Shown piece by piece: positions 18,972 to 28,955 of a stretch of 64,000 nt of DNA; positions within the stretch are counted from its first letter, which is position 1; every line of letters begins with the position of its first letter. The stretch is from Candidatus Thorarchaeota archaeon (GTDB lineage: Archaea; Asgardarchaeota; Thorarchaeia; Thorarchaeales; Thorarchaeaceae): NCBI GenBank assembly GCA_048882485.1, contig JBHLRP010000004.1, forward strand, positions 32,001 to 96,000, in the 5' to 3' direction. The position numbers and the translations under genes were made by a program. The notes under the pieces are model-generated. The model saw only the letters and a program-made list of their open reading frames with translations. It ran no database searches and was not told the origin of the DNA.

Positions 18972-20744
18972 CTAGAGACCTAATCGCTCAAGTGTTTCAG
19001 AAGTGGGCGTTCCCGTTGTCCGATCCCATTCTCGATATTCATAGTAATCGTTCAGTTGTATTTCCATATCTGGTACAAAATCATCAGTAGCATAGTCAGG
19101 CAGTGGTTTTAGGAGTGGAGCAGGAAGACAGTCGTCTTCTGGCTTGAAACCACACTTGAGATTGAACAGCCGCTTCATTGTGACGGCTCGTGAACCAATC
19201 AATAACACATCATTGCTAGTGAGTGACATACCTGTTGCTTTAGTCACAAGTTCCAGTATTGTATCAAGTGGTACTTGGGCAAAGTGGCACATCATGATGG
19301 AGTCAAAAAATGCTCTGAAATCTTGGGCGCGGGCAGCAATATTCCCCTTTCCTTCATTCTCCAATCGATCTCCGGAGTAGATTCCTATCGATCGCTCTTC
19401 CATTCCGCCCATGTCAACACTATACATGTCGCCCTCCATGTGGCTTGCACCTCTTGATGCAGTTGCATATACAGTACCCATCCCTGCGAATGCTCTAGGG
19501 TCATGGTTTGGCACTTCTTGGCCTTTAACATGAATGACTAAGTCCGATGCATTGTGCCTTTTCGCAAAGCGAAAGGAACCCTCAGCCAGCTCATTACCAA
19601 TGCCTGACCGTGTCCCGATAGCATGGATAAGCTCAATGGCTCTATCTGCATCTCCCCACTCAAGACCGATATCCAGCTGTCCGAGATCACATAGGTGTGC
19701 AGCAAATGCTATTGTACTACCGCAACTAATGGTGTCCAGTCCGTACTGGTTGCAAAGATTGTTGATGACTGACACCTTCTTCAGATCAGAAACCATCAGA
19801 TTGGACCCAAATGCTGCAATTGTCTGGAACTCAGGTCCTGCCACCTTTTTGAGGCCATGCTCTGGCAAGGTAATCACTCGTCCGCATGCGATAGGACACG
19901 AATAGCAGGCTGTTCTGCCAGTCAGGAACTCTTTCATCGCCGTAGAAGTCAATGAATCGTATTCAAACTCAGTTTCCTGAAAATACTTGATGGGCATGTC
20001 ATTGAACATCATCCCGACTTCAACATACATAGAAGTGCCTGAATCGCGAAGATGATGCATAACTTCACCCAGAATCTTTGATGATTCTCTGGCAAGACTC
20101 GTGAAGCCCTCAGGATCAGCCACTTGTACTCTCTTCGAGCCTGCAATTGTGATTGCTTTCAATTTCTTCGAGCCCATCACTGCTCCCAATCCACATCTAG
20201 CTGCAGCTCTCTCATCCGTCAAGATGGCTGCGAATTTGACGAGATTCTCTCCTGCAGGGCCTATGCAGGCTACACGAACGCGTCCGAGTTTTTTCTTCAG
20301 AGCCTTCTGAACTTCATCCGTCTTCATGCCCCATAGTTCTTCGCCAGAAACGATTCCAGCTTCACCTTCATTGATGCGTACAACAACGGGGTCGTCAGAC
20401 CTTCCCTTGATGAGGATTCCATCGAAACCAGAGAATTTCAGATTCGCACCAAAATGCCCGCCCACATGTGCTTCACCCCAGATACCAGTCAAAGGGGACT
20501 TCCCGCAGACTACAAGCCGGCCGGTGCTTGGAGCCAAGGTGCCTGTCAAAGGTCCAGTCATAAATAATAACATGTTATCTGGACCTAGAGGATCTACAGA
20601 AGGATCCATGATATCATGCAGGAGCTTGCTTGCATAGCCACTACCACCAATGAATTTTGAGGCAATCTGCTCGTCGATGGGAAGAAGGGATGTCGTCTTT
20701 TCCGTAAGGTCAACTACAAGTATTTGACCCATATACCCATGCAT
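18972..20744 (-). CDS. aor: Tungsten-type aldehyde:ferredoxin oxidoreductase
   Basis: KSPLTG, IGPAGE, GAVMGSKKLKA, CYSCPIAC, GPEFQT, GLDTIS, DPR; start MHGYMG. Confidence 0.92.
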   Translation of the reverse strand: MHGYMGQILVVDLTEKTTSLLPIDEQIASKFIGGSGYASKLLHDIMDPSVDPLGPDNMLLFMTGPLTGTLAPSTGRLVVCGKSPLTGIWGEAHVGGHFGANLKFSGFDGILIKGRSDDPVVVRINEGEAGIVSGEELWGMKTDEVQKALKKKLGRVRVACIGPAGENLVKFAAILTDERAAARCGLGAVMGSKKLKAITIAGSKRVQVADPEGFTSLARESSKILGEVMHHLRDSGTSMYVEVGMMFNDMPIKYFQETEFEYDSLTSTAMKEFLTGRTACYSCPIACGRVITLPEHGLKKVAGPEFQTIAAFGSNLMVSDLKKVSVINNLCNQYGLDTISCGSTIAFAAHLCDLGQLDIGLEWGDADRAIELIHAIGTRSGIGNELAEGSFRFAKRHNASDLVIHVKGQEVPNHDPRAFAGMGTVYATASRGASHMEGDMYSVDMGGMEERSIGIYSGDRLENEGKGNIAARAQDFRAFFDSIMMCHFAQVPLDTILELVTKATGMSLTSNDVLLIGSRAVTMKRLFNLKCGFKPEDDCLPAPLLKPLPDYATDDFVPDMEIQLNDYYEYREWDRTTGTPTSETLERLGL

Positions 20745-20755
20745 GTTCATTTCTC

Positions 20756-21394
20756 CTAGAAATCCCTCATGATTTCCCACAGGTCTTCCTCATCCTCAAC
20801 AACATCCTCAGGAAGAGGAATGGGGTCGCCAGCCCGCAGCGCCAGCAGATAAATCCGGCAGGTTCTCTCGAGAAGGATGGCATTGTCAAGAGCCTTTCTG
20901 ATATTGTTCCCACAAGTCACGGCACCATGATTAGCAATAAGCACCGCACTTCTCCTGTCCATGGCCTCAACGACATTCTTAGCCAAGTCCTTTGTCCCTG
21001 GCATCGCATAGGAAGTGACGCGAATCTCACCACCCAGCTTTGGAACTACCTCATCCAGTATTGGAGGAAGAGGCTTTTGGAGAACAGCTAGGGCTGTGGC
21101 ATATACGCTGTGAGAATGAACAACTGCGTTTGCATCGTTTCGCTGCCTGTATATCTCTAGATGCGTTGGGATTTCGACACTAGCATTCCGATCAGCTTCA
21201 ATGACATCACCCTCCATATTTACCACGACTATATCGTCTATAGACATATTGGCGTAGGGGACTGAGCTTGGTGTGATAACTGCATGCTCATCATTCACTC
21301 GGATGCTCGCGTTGCCAGCTGAGATGATGACTAGGTCCTTTCTAATCATCTCACCACAAGCTGTTAGAAGTTCCTCTTTCTCAGTTTCATACAT
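20756..21394 (-). CDS. Class II aldolase (FucA-like)
   Basis: GNAS, ITPS, SVE, VVHSHS, ANHG zinc ligands. Confidence 0.9.
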   Translation of the reverse strand: MYETEKEELLTACGEMIRKDLVIISAGNASIRVNDEHAVITPSSVPYANMSIDDIVVVNMEGDVIEADRNASVEIPTHLEIYRQRNDANAVVHSHSVYATALAVLQKPLPPILDEVVPKLGGEIRVTSYAMPGTKDLAKNVVEAMDRRSAVLIANHGAVTCGNNIRKALDNAILLERTCRIYLLALRAGDPIPLPEDVVEDEEDLWEIMRDF

Positions 21395-22899
21395 TATTCG
21401 TCACTTCCTAAGGACCATATCTCTTTCCAGCGAGAGTAGTAGAAATCATACTCAGACGCCCGCTCATCTGGTATCAGTGTTGGTTGCCATGACACCATTG
21501 CTTCTGAAGCCTTCCTGAGATCAGTATACCAGCCTGCTCCAACTGCAGCGCAGATAGAGGCTCCGATGAGGCTGCCTTCGAACTCCTTGGGATTCATCAC
21601 TGGCTTTCGTATGGCATTACTAAGAATCTGTCGCCAGACCTGCGATCTTGAGATACCACCAATTGCTTTTACAACTGGAGGGTTCTCATACTCTTGTAAT
21701 TGCTCTATATTTCCCCGTACTGCAAACGCTATATTCTCAAGAACTGCATGAATCAGACTGGCTGAGTCGAGAGGTCTGACCTGGGGCAATGCCGGCTGTG
21801 GAAAATGAAGCCGAGCCAGGGGTATGTCAGCCATTCTAGTTGAGTCCATGATTCTGGGTCCTAGACCAGCAAAAGCCTCGTTGCTTCCCGGGGGAACATC
21901 CTTGAGAAGCTCTGGCAATCTGTCAAATGTCTTCTCTCTGCATCTAGCAGGATTCTCAGAGAGCTCGCATAATAGCCCTATGACCCATTCGATATATGCC
22001 CCAGTGAGCATTGCATTACTCTCTAATGTCCACATGCCTGGGACCATATGACAGGAAGACCATAGTGTCTGTTCAGAGGAGCAGACATGATTGTCCAATG
22101 TGAGCATCACAGGAGTTGTACTGCCTGCAATGACTGTGATTTCTCCAGGACTAGCTTGCGCGGCAAGGAGAGCACAATGTGTGTCAGTGCCACCTTGGAT
22201 GACAGGTGTACCCTCAGGAAGTCCTGAGTCCTTAGCTGCATTGGGTGTGATACTTCCAACAACCTCACCAGCCTTTCGCAGGCTGGGAAAAATGGCTTTG
22301 TCAATACCCAACGCCGAGAGTATCTCCTCACCCCAATTCCGAGCCTTAATGTCGTAACATCCAGTAGCACTGGCAGAGGCTGGCTCTGTGACATACTCAC
22401 CGCTGAGCCTAAAAGTAATCCAGTCGTTGATTGGAAGAACGTGGGCCACAGCCTCACGAATCTCAGGCTCCTCCTCCTCAAACCAAGCCATTCTCGCAGG
22501 AGTAAACATCAGGGGGGGCCAGCAACCTGTGACCTCCAAGAACTTCTTTCCTAGAGCTTCTTCGACTACATATTGGGACATAGCGCCCCGTGCATCGATA
22601 TTTGGACCACTATAAAGCTCTTTTCCATCAGCATCTAGAAATACTACTCCATGACGCTGACTCGTGGTGGCCACGCTTTCAATCTTTGAAGAGGGCAGTC
22701 CAGAGACCTTCACTGCCTCCTTGGTCACAGTGCATATCAAATCCCAGAAGTGAGAAGGGTCGAACTCTTTTGCTATCTCAAGAAATTCAGGGGTTTCATA
22801 TCCCCACGTCCTCCTTCCAAGACCTAGAACCTCTCCTCGTTTTCCAACAATCATGCAACGAACGCCAGTCGTACCAGCATCTATCGCAGCAACAGGCAC
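21394..22899 (-). CDS. FGGY carbohydrate kinase, LsrK-like
   Basis: IDAGTTGVR, EFD...W, TSQRHG, NIDARG, GGTDT. Confidence 0.88.
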   Translation of the reverse strand: MPVAAIDAGTTGVRCMIVGKRGEVLGLGRRTWGYETPEFLEIAKEFDPSHFWDLICTVTKEAVKVSGLPSSKIESVATTSQRHGVVFLDADGKELYSGPNIDARGAMSQYVVEEALGKKFLEVTGCWPPLMFTPARMAWFEEEEPEIREAVAHVLPINDWITFRLSGEYVTEPASASATGCYDIKARNWGEEILSALGIDKAIFPSLRKAGEVVGSITPNAAKDSGLPEGTPVIQGGTDTHCALLAAQASPGEITVIAGSTTPVMLTLDNHVCSSEQTLWSSCHMVPGMWTLESNAMLTGAYIEWVIGLLCELSENPARCREKTFDRLPELLKDVPPGSNEAFAGLGPRIMDSTRMADIPLARLHFPQPALPQVRPLDSASLIHAVLENIAFAVRGNIEQLQEYENPPVVKAIGGISRSQVWRQILSNAIRKPVMNPKEFEGSLIGASICAAVGAGWYTDLRKASEAMVSWQPTLIPDERASEYDFYYSRWKEIWSLGSDE

Positions 22900-22900
22900 T

Positions 22901-23917
22901 CTAGATCACCCCCTTCTTCAGGACTTCAGGATTTAGCACATTCTCTGGACGATCACCGTTGAGGATTGCTCTAATGTCCCTTGCAATCATCATGGACTGT
23001 CGCTCAATCGTGTCAACAGTATTGCCTCCAATATGCGGAGTCACAATAACATTTTCCAATTCCAGAAACTCATTATCACAGTCCACTGGCTCCATTGAGA
23101 ATACATCGAGACCAGCACCTGCAATTGATCCTGACTCTAATGCTTGACGAAGTGCATGCTCATCTGTAATTGATGCACGGGCAGTGTTGATGAAGATCGC
23201 ACTCTTCTTCATCATTCCAAACTGCTCAGCTCCAAGCATTCCTTTGGTCTCATCTGTCGGTGGGCAGTGGACTGTCACTATGTCTGAATTCCTCAGAAGC
23301 TCCTCCAAAGAAACTTGCTTTGCATCCACTTCATTTAGTTTCTCTTGAAACACATAGGGATCAAAGACTAGAATTTCAACACCAAAAGCTTGCAGTCGCT
23401 TTGCAACTTCGTGTCCGATTTTTCCTAGACCAATGATTCCAACAGTCCTGCCATGCAGTTCGAAACCTGTTGTGGTCATGTACATGCGTGCAAAGTCAGA
23501 ATAGTCATCAACCATGAAGTCATTCTTCAGTAGACGGTCCGCTGTCACGATTCGACGTGCTTGACTTAACATCAGAGTGATGGTCAGCTCGGCTACCGCA
23601 ATTGTGTTTCTGCCTGGTGCTCCAATCACTGGTATGTTCTTGGCTGTAGCTGCAGAAATCGAAACATTGTTGGGATTGTCTCTTGCTGAAGCTATAATCT
23701 TCAAATCAGATTCCTCAATGACCTCTTCCTTAACCTCATCACCCTCAACAATTACAATGTCATAGCCACCGTCTTTGATGACGGGAAGGAGCTTGTCCCC
23801 GAGGTAGAGCTTGCCAGTCTCAAGCCAACTCTCATGTTGAACCTCTAGTCCTGCATCCTCAAGCAGTTTCAACCCCGACTCTGAGAAGGGCGCGGTGATT
23901 AGCACCTTCATGGTCAT
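22901..23917 (-). CDS. D-2-hydroxyacid dehydrogenase family protein
   Basis: APGRN..AVAE, GLGKIG, INTARA, LDVF..EP, TPHIGG. Confidence 0.9.
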   Translation of the reverse strand: MTMKVLITAPFSESGLKLLEDAGLEVQHESWLETGKLYLGDKLLPVIKDGGYDIVIVEGDEVKEEVIEESDLKIIASARDNPNNVSISAATAKNIPVIGAPGRNTIAVAELTITLMLSQARRIVTADRLLKNDFMVDDYSDFARMYMTTTGFELHGRTVGIIGLGKIGHEVAKRLQAFGVEILVFDPYVFQEKLNEVDAKQVSLEELLRNSDIVTVHCPPTDETKGMLGAEQFGMMKKSAIFINTARASITDEHALRQALESGSIAGAGLDVFSMEPVDCDNEFLELENVIVTPHIGGNTVDTIERQSMMIARDIRAILNGDRPENVLNPEVLKKGVI

Positions 23918-23953
23918 AGTCCCCTAGATATCCAGCAGAGAGAGCGGTCCTAG

Positions 23954-24286
23954 CTACAGCATCAGCTTCTGTAGCTTGAGAAGGTCTGGAACCTCTCCCT
24001 TGGTCTTGAGCTTCCCAGCCTGATAGGCAGCCATAGGACTCTCACTCTTGTCCATAATCTTGAGAAAGACTATCGAGTCCATAGTCACAGTCATCTCAGC
24101 TTCTACGGTTCCCTCGGCAAGCTCCACTAGCTCGGCATCGCCTATCTTCATGTACATCTGAACATCAATGTCGGGGAAGATGAACTGGAGAGTCTTATGG
24201 AAATCCTTGAAACGCCGCTGAATCTTGGGATCTTCAAACCGCGTTCCCAGTTCTTTCAATTGCGCCAAAATCTCATCCTTAGTCAT
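23954..24286 (-). CDS. SCP2 sterol/lipid-binding domain protein
   Basis: TVTMDS..F..I......PMAAYQAGKLKTKG..LLKL SCP2 signature. Confidence 0.85.
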   Translation of the reverse strand: MTKDEILAQLKELGTRFEDPKIQRRFKDFHKTLQFIFPDIDVQMYMKIGDAELVELAEGTVEAEMTVTMDSIVFLKIMDKSESPMAAYQAGKLKTKGEVPDLLKLQKLML

Positions 24287-24435
24287 TCAAGCACCACCCA
24301 GAATCGCGTGCATTATGCGATATATCTTGTGCGTATATGGACTGGATTTGGACGAAAAGTGAGTTTGCCGCACAAACTGCTTTGACCGACAAAAAGATTC
24401 CATATATTATATGCATTCTATGCGCGTGTTTATCC

Positions 24436-25194
24436 ATGTCAATTACAAAATCTGAACATGCGATAAAGATAGAGAACCTGACCAAGAGGTTTGAGGAAGT
24501 CACTGCGGTTGATGGACTTAACCTTGAGATTGGTTGGGGCGAACTGTTTGGCTTGCTTGGACCAAACGGTGCAGGCAAGACCACCGTAATCAATGTCCTC
24601 TGTACCATTCTTGAACCTACTGAAGGAGTTGCAGCCGTAGATGGTCACGATGTGGTGTTTGATGCAAATGCAGTTCGAGAGATAATCGGAGTCTGTCCTC
24701 AGGAACCAGCATTCTATGAGCACCTCACTGGGAGGGAGAACATCGAGCTCTTTGGAGACCTCCATGATGTACCAAGAGAAGTCCTAAAGGACCGAGTCGA
24801 GGACATGCTTGAAAAGATCGGGATGGTGGGAGATGCGGACAGACGTGCTGGTCAATACAGCGGTGGAATGATTCGCCGTGTCAGTACAGTGATGGCCCTC
24901 ATTAATGATCCCCGAGTTGCACTGCTTGATGAGCCTACAGTAGCCATGGATCCTGTTTCGAGGCGTGCGGTGTGGGACTTCATCCGCGAGCTGCAAAACA
25001 ACGGGAAAGCCATCATCCTGACGACTCACTATATGGAAGAAGCTGAAGAACTCTGTGACAGGGTTGGAATCATTGACCAAGGAAAGCTCATCGCCTTGGG
25101 CACTCCAAATGAGCTGATGGAGCAGCACAATGCTGAGGATCTCGAAGAGGTCTTCATCAAACTCACTGGAAAGCAACTTAGGGCGGTGGTCTAA
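24436..25194 (+). CDS. ABC exporter ATP-binding protein
   Basis: GPNGAGKTT, YSGGM, LDEPT, TTHYMEEAE; start at ATG 24436. Confidence 0.92.
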   Translation: MSITKSEHAIKIENLTKRFEEVTAVDGLNLEIGWGELFGLLGPNGAGKTTVINVLCTILEPTEGVAAVDGHDVVFDANAVREIIGVCPQEPAFYEHLTGRENIELFGDLHDVPREVLKDRVEDMLEKIGMVGDADRRAGQYSGGMIRRVSTVMALINDPRVALLDEPTVAMDPVSRRAVWDFIRELQNNGKAIILTTHYMEEAEELCDRVGIIDQGKLIALGTPNELMEQHNAEDLEEVFIKLTGKQLRAVV

Positions 25195-26355
25195 ATGGGT
25201 CTACGACGCATAACCGCCCTTACGAAGAAGAACTTGAAGATGTTCACAAGACAGCCTGCGGTTCTCTTCCTTCTCCTCCTGTTCCCCCTAATTGTCACAG
25301 CAACCTTTGGATTGGCCTTTGGTGGCATGGGTGAAGGGGGAGTGACCAACTTTGATGTGGGATTGCTGAATCTAGACACTGCCACAACAGATCCTCAATG
25401 GGCTGACAGCTTCGAAGGGAATCTTTCAGAACTTGAGGGGATCACAGTCATTCATTACGACGCCAACGAAACTGGTCAAGCAGAGCTACTTCAAGGAAAT
25501 CTTGATGCATTCATTATCATTCCCGGAGGCTTTGGTGACAGCTGCACGTCATACTGGGGCTCGCCATTCGACGGAAGCTCTTGGACCAATACAACTGTCG
25601 AGCTCTATGTGGACAGTGGTTCTATGATTGCAAGTAGTGCAATTCCGCCGCTTGTGCAACAGGTTGTCTTGACAACTATGTTTGGAAGCGAAGCAACCAC
25701 TCTGGACCTGCCTGTGGGAATAGGGAGCCCCTCCATGGTAGACGCAAGCACCTTCTCGCAGTGGGACTTCATGGCTCCTGGGATATTTGCCTTTGCTAGC
25801 ATCTTCATGATAATGATAGTTGCACAGTCATTGACGGGAGAACGAGATGGTGGACTGCTGAAGAGGATGGGTACGACTCCACTAAAGTCACATGAGTTCA
25901 TGTTGAGTTATGTGATTTCGTACATGATTATTGCAGTCATCCAAGTTCTCCTTGTGTTCACCGCGTCATATGCAATAGGCTATCGACCTGCCACTGATGT
26001 CAGTGGATTGGCATTTGCTTTTGCGATGTTGCTCGCTTTCTCTCTTGTAAACGTCGGCTTTGGCCTGATTGCAGCCACAATCTCCAAGTCAGCAGAAATA
26101 GCCTCTGGTATATCGTTCGTCTTCATCATGCCACAGATGTTTCTGGGCACTTTCATGCCTCTTGGTGGAGCGACTGAAGTCATTGCACAGTTCATGCCAA
26201 GCAATTATGTGACTGAGGCCTTGACGACCTTGTTCCTACGTGGAGCTTCTATAACGACTGTTTCTATCTGGACGGATCTGGCTCTGGTGTCAGTCATTGG
26301 CGTTGTGCTCCTTCTTATCGGTATAGCCCTCTTTCGTCGATTTGGAACAAGGTAG
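25195..26355 (+). CDS. ABC-2 type permease
   Basis: N-terminal TM, extracellular domain, ER..G.LKR...TP, C-terminal TMs. Confidence 0.9.
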   Translation: MGLRRITALTKKNLKMFTRQPAVLFLLLLFPLIVTATFGLAFGGMGEGGVTNFDVGLLNLDTATTDPQWADSFEGNLSELEGITVIHYDANETGQAELLQGNLDAFIIIPGGFGDSCTSYWGSPFDGSSWTNTTVELYVDSGSMIASSAIPPLVQQVVLTTMFGSEATTLDLPVGIGSPSMVDASTFSQWDFMAPGIFAFASIFMIMIVAQSLTGERDGGLLKRMGTTPLKSHEFMLSYVISYMIIAVIQVLLVFTASYAIGYRPATDVSGLAFAFAMLLAFSLVNVGFGLIAATISKSAEIASGISFVFIMPQMFLGTFMPLGGATEVIAQFMPSNYVTEALTTLFLRGASITTVSIWTDLALVSVIGVVLLLIGIALFRRFGTR

Positions 26356-26366
26356 ACAACTGGTTA

Positions 26367-26401
26367 GAGAAGGGAGTATAGTCCCTTCTCATTCCTTTTT
26401 T
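26367..26401 (+). terminator. Hairpin plus T-run terminator candidate
   Basis: GAGAAGGGA-gtatag-TCCCTTCTC followed by ATTCCTTTTTT. Confidence 0.6.
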
Positions 26402-26478
26402 CTTATTTCCCGCAATCAAAGAGTAGTCTTTATCAGGAAGAAGTCGGGAGTGCGTTCTTTGTAGAGAGGATGTGAAAA

Positions 26479-27555
26479 ATGGCTTCTGAAGACCAATCAA
26501 TGAAAACTGAACCTGCCCCAACCGAAAGGAAATCTAGAGCGGCATCCATCCTTTGGGTTGGCGGAATCGCATTCGCATTTGGATTCACTTTTCTAATCTG
26601 GTTCTTTGGTCCTCTGCTTGATCGATTTGTATTGGGTCCAGACCAAGGTCCTGCATGGTACTACTGGCAGCTCCCCTCCCCTGATGTAATTGCCCAGTTC
26701 ATAGTATGGACCTTCTATCTTGCCCATCAGTTTGTTGTGTGGTTTACGATTTATTGGGCGCAGAAAAACCTGATAGAACAGAAGACAAGGCCCACAACAT
26801 CATTGACCAGGTACAACTGGGCCATGGTTGTCATCAGTGTCTTCTTTGTAATACTGCATCTTATTCAAACCCATATTTGGTTCGATGGACTAGCCCAGGA
26901 CGTTCCCATTTGGACCAGTCAGGGTTCAGTCATTATAATGCTAATTCTCATCCTCGTAATTGAGAATCCCAGACGAGGCCTATTTCTTGGAAAAAGGGCT
27001 GGGAAGCCATTTACTGCACGTGTGTCAGGTCTTGTGCGGCGCATACACATGTACCCAATTGCATGGGCGCTTGTTTACACATTCTGGTTCCATCCAATGT
27101 TCTATGACCCACAGCTATTAACAGGCTTCTTCTACATGTTCCTTCTGTTCACACAGATGACGGTGGCCTACACATCTGTGCATATTGATAAGAGGTGGGT
27201 TATCACTGTTGAGGGCTTTGTTGGCGTCCATGCTTTGGTAGTCGCCATATTCAACACATTGGACCACGGAAGCACAGACATGTGGGCAATGTTCCTGTCT
27301 GGATTCGTGTTCATGTGGGTCTTCACGTACATGTATGCTCTGAATGTTAGAAGAGAAATGAAAGCTCTTGTCACACTGCTTTACTTCGTATTCCTAGCTT
27401 GGATCTACATCCCCACACCATTTGGATATGGAAGAGACATTTCGTATCTGTTGCGATTTGAGATGCTTTGGATACCTATCATCTTGTATCTCCTAGCTGC
27501 GGTTGTGGCAGGAATTGGCTATGTATACCTGAAGGCTACCAAAAAGACGGAATAA
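26479..27555 (+). CDS. Polytopic membrane protein of unknown function
   Basis: About 10 TM, aromatic-rich, several His in TM segments (YLAHQ, LHLIQTH, FWFHP, VHA). Confidence 0.75.
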   Translation: MASEDQSMKTEPAPTERKSRAASILWVGGIAFAFGFTFLIWFFGPLLDRFVLGPDQGPAWYYWQLPSPDVIAQFIVWTFYLAHQFVVWFTIYWAQKNLIEQKTRPTTSLTRYNWAMVVISVFFVILHLIQTHIWFDGLAQDVPIWTSQGSVIIMLILILVIENPRRGLFLGKRAGKPFTARVSGLVRRIHMYPIAWALVYTFWFHPMFYDPQLLTGFFYMFLLFTQMTVAYTSVHIDKRWVITVEGFVGVHALVVAIFNTLDHGSTDMWAMFLSGFVFMWVFTYMYALNVRREMKALVTLLYFVFLAWIYIPTPFGYGRDISYLLRFEMLWIPIILYLLAAVVAGIGYVYLKATKKTE

Positions 27556-27573
27556 GGAACCTCCCGCTACAAT

Positions 27574-28734
27574 ATGATTCGTCCATTCCATTCAATAACA
27601 CAAGAATCTACTGCCTGCTATGTGGGTGGTAGAGTGGAAAGGCCGAGGTTGAGATTGAAGCTTGGGAATGCAAAGCTCGTTGGAATGGCATTAATCCTGA
27701 TCATAATAGGTTCACTCTTTATAGTCATTAGTCCTCGTCCACACTACTCTGTTCCACGTGAACAAACACCGCGCACTCACCCTGTTTCTTTCAACGTGTC
27801 ATTAGATGACTCTGAGCGATATTATCCAATTGAACCACTTTCCTACGCTGGCATGATTAGTCGAGTCGGAATTACTGACATGGAAACAAATGGGACTTCG
27901 GTTGGACTTTCCATCCAGAATAGGAACAATGTCACGGTTTTTGCAATATCTAGTGTTAGTCTGATTTCCAATAGCTCTCTGGTTGTTCAAGCTTCAGAAG
28001 ACTCTAGAGTCATTCTGACCAGAGAAACTGGAGACGCCAATGGTAGTTTCGTGATATTGATATGGGAAATAATGCCCCCGCCACCCATTGATCCTGCGGT
28101 CATTGGCGTCTATATTAACACCTTTCCCCTCCTAGCATTTGCAGCGTATGTTTTTTGGAAAATAGTCACAATGAAGACAGCCCGTAGAAGCATTAGACCA
28201 GCCTGGGTAGCTGTCCTAGTGTTAACTGGCCTCGTACTAGTGACTCCATACATTTCCGGATCTCTGGGGGGTTTCTTTACTCCCACAGCTATGACAGAAC
28301 AGGTCTATTCTGATACGAGAACTTTGGAATTGAATGATTCAAACCCCAACAGGCTTTTGCCCTTTGGCAGTGAAATCTCAAATAACACAGAATCATTCAG
28401 AATACATTCGTTCGAAGATGATAACAAGAGGTATCATTTTGAACTGCTTGGTGTCGCTGGTGAGGTGGTTCTCTCTGCAACTCATGAAAACTCGTCTATA
28501 GCGTGGGAGATTATTGGGGGATCCGTAATTGAGAACCATAGTCTGAGTCTTTATAGAGCGGATAGCAATGTTGAAGTTAGCCTCACCATTGAAGCTAGTG
28601 CCACAATTGTAAGAGTCCCAGTCGATCCATTACCAGACTCAATTCTAGCAATCATCGGGTTCATTGCACTAATCCTGGCAGTGGCAGCAAGCCTCGCGGT
28701 TCAAACGGTGGAAAAAGTGGGACAAAACTGGTGA
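27574..28734 (+). CDS. Membrane protein with two extracellular beta-rich domains (start uncertain)
   Basis: TM-domain-TM-TM-domain-TM pattern; many N-x-S/T sequons. Confidence 0.65.
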   Translation: MIRPFHSITQESTACYVGGRVERPRLRLKLGNAKLVGMALILIIIGSLFIVISPRPHYSVPREQTPRTHPVSFNVSLDDSERYYPIEPLSYAGMISRVGITDMETNGTSVGLSIQNRNNVTVFAISSVSLISNSSLVVQASEDSRVILTRETGDANGSFVILIWEIMPPPPIDPAVIGVYINTFPLLAFAAYVFWKIVTMKTARRSIRPAWVAVLVLTGLVLVTPYISGSLGGFFTPTAMTEQVYSDTRTLELNDSNPNRLLPFGSEISNNTESFRIHSFEDDNKRYHFELLGVAGEVVLSATHENSSIAWEIIGGSVIENHSLSLYRADSNVEVSLTIEASATIVRVPVDPLPDSILAIIGFIALILAVAASLAVQTVEKVGQNW

Positions 28735-28900
28735 ATGGCATTCCTAGACGTCAAAATTCGAAACTTTGAATCTGAAAACATCAAGAGATTGCGGTCACAA
28801 ATATCGAGCGAGATTGATTAGAGCCTAGTTGGACAACATCTTGACGTCTATGTAATCTGCGAGGACTGCAAGAAATGACTAATGGTACATGACAGAAAGG

Positions 28901-28907
28901 TTATATC
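28901..28907 (+). promoter_or_regulatory. Candidate TATA box for hdrA
   Basis: TTATATC after purine-rich GAAAGG; same heptamer upstream of hdrC (46526), korB (54434) and fadD (59361). Confidence 0.4.
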
Positions 28908-28955
28908 GCCAGTCCGTTGAGGCCCCCAGTACAACTGCAGCTTGGGGACTTAAAG

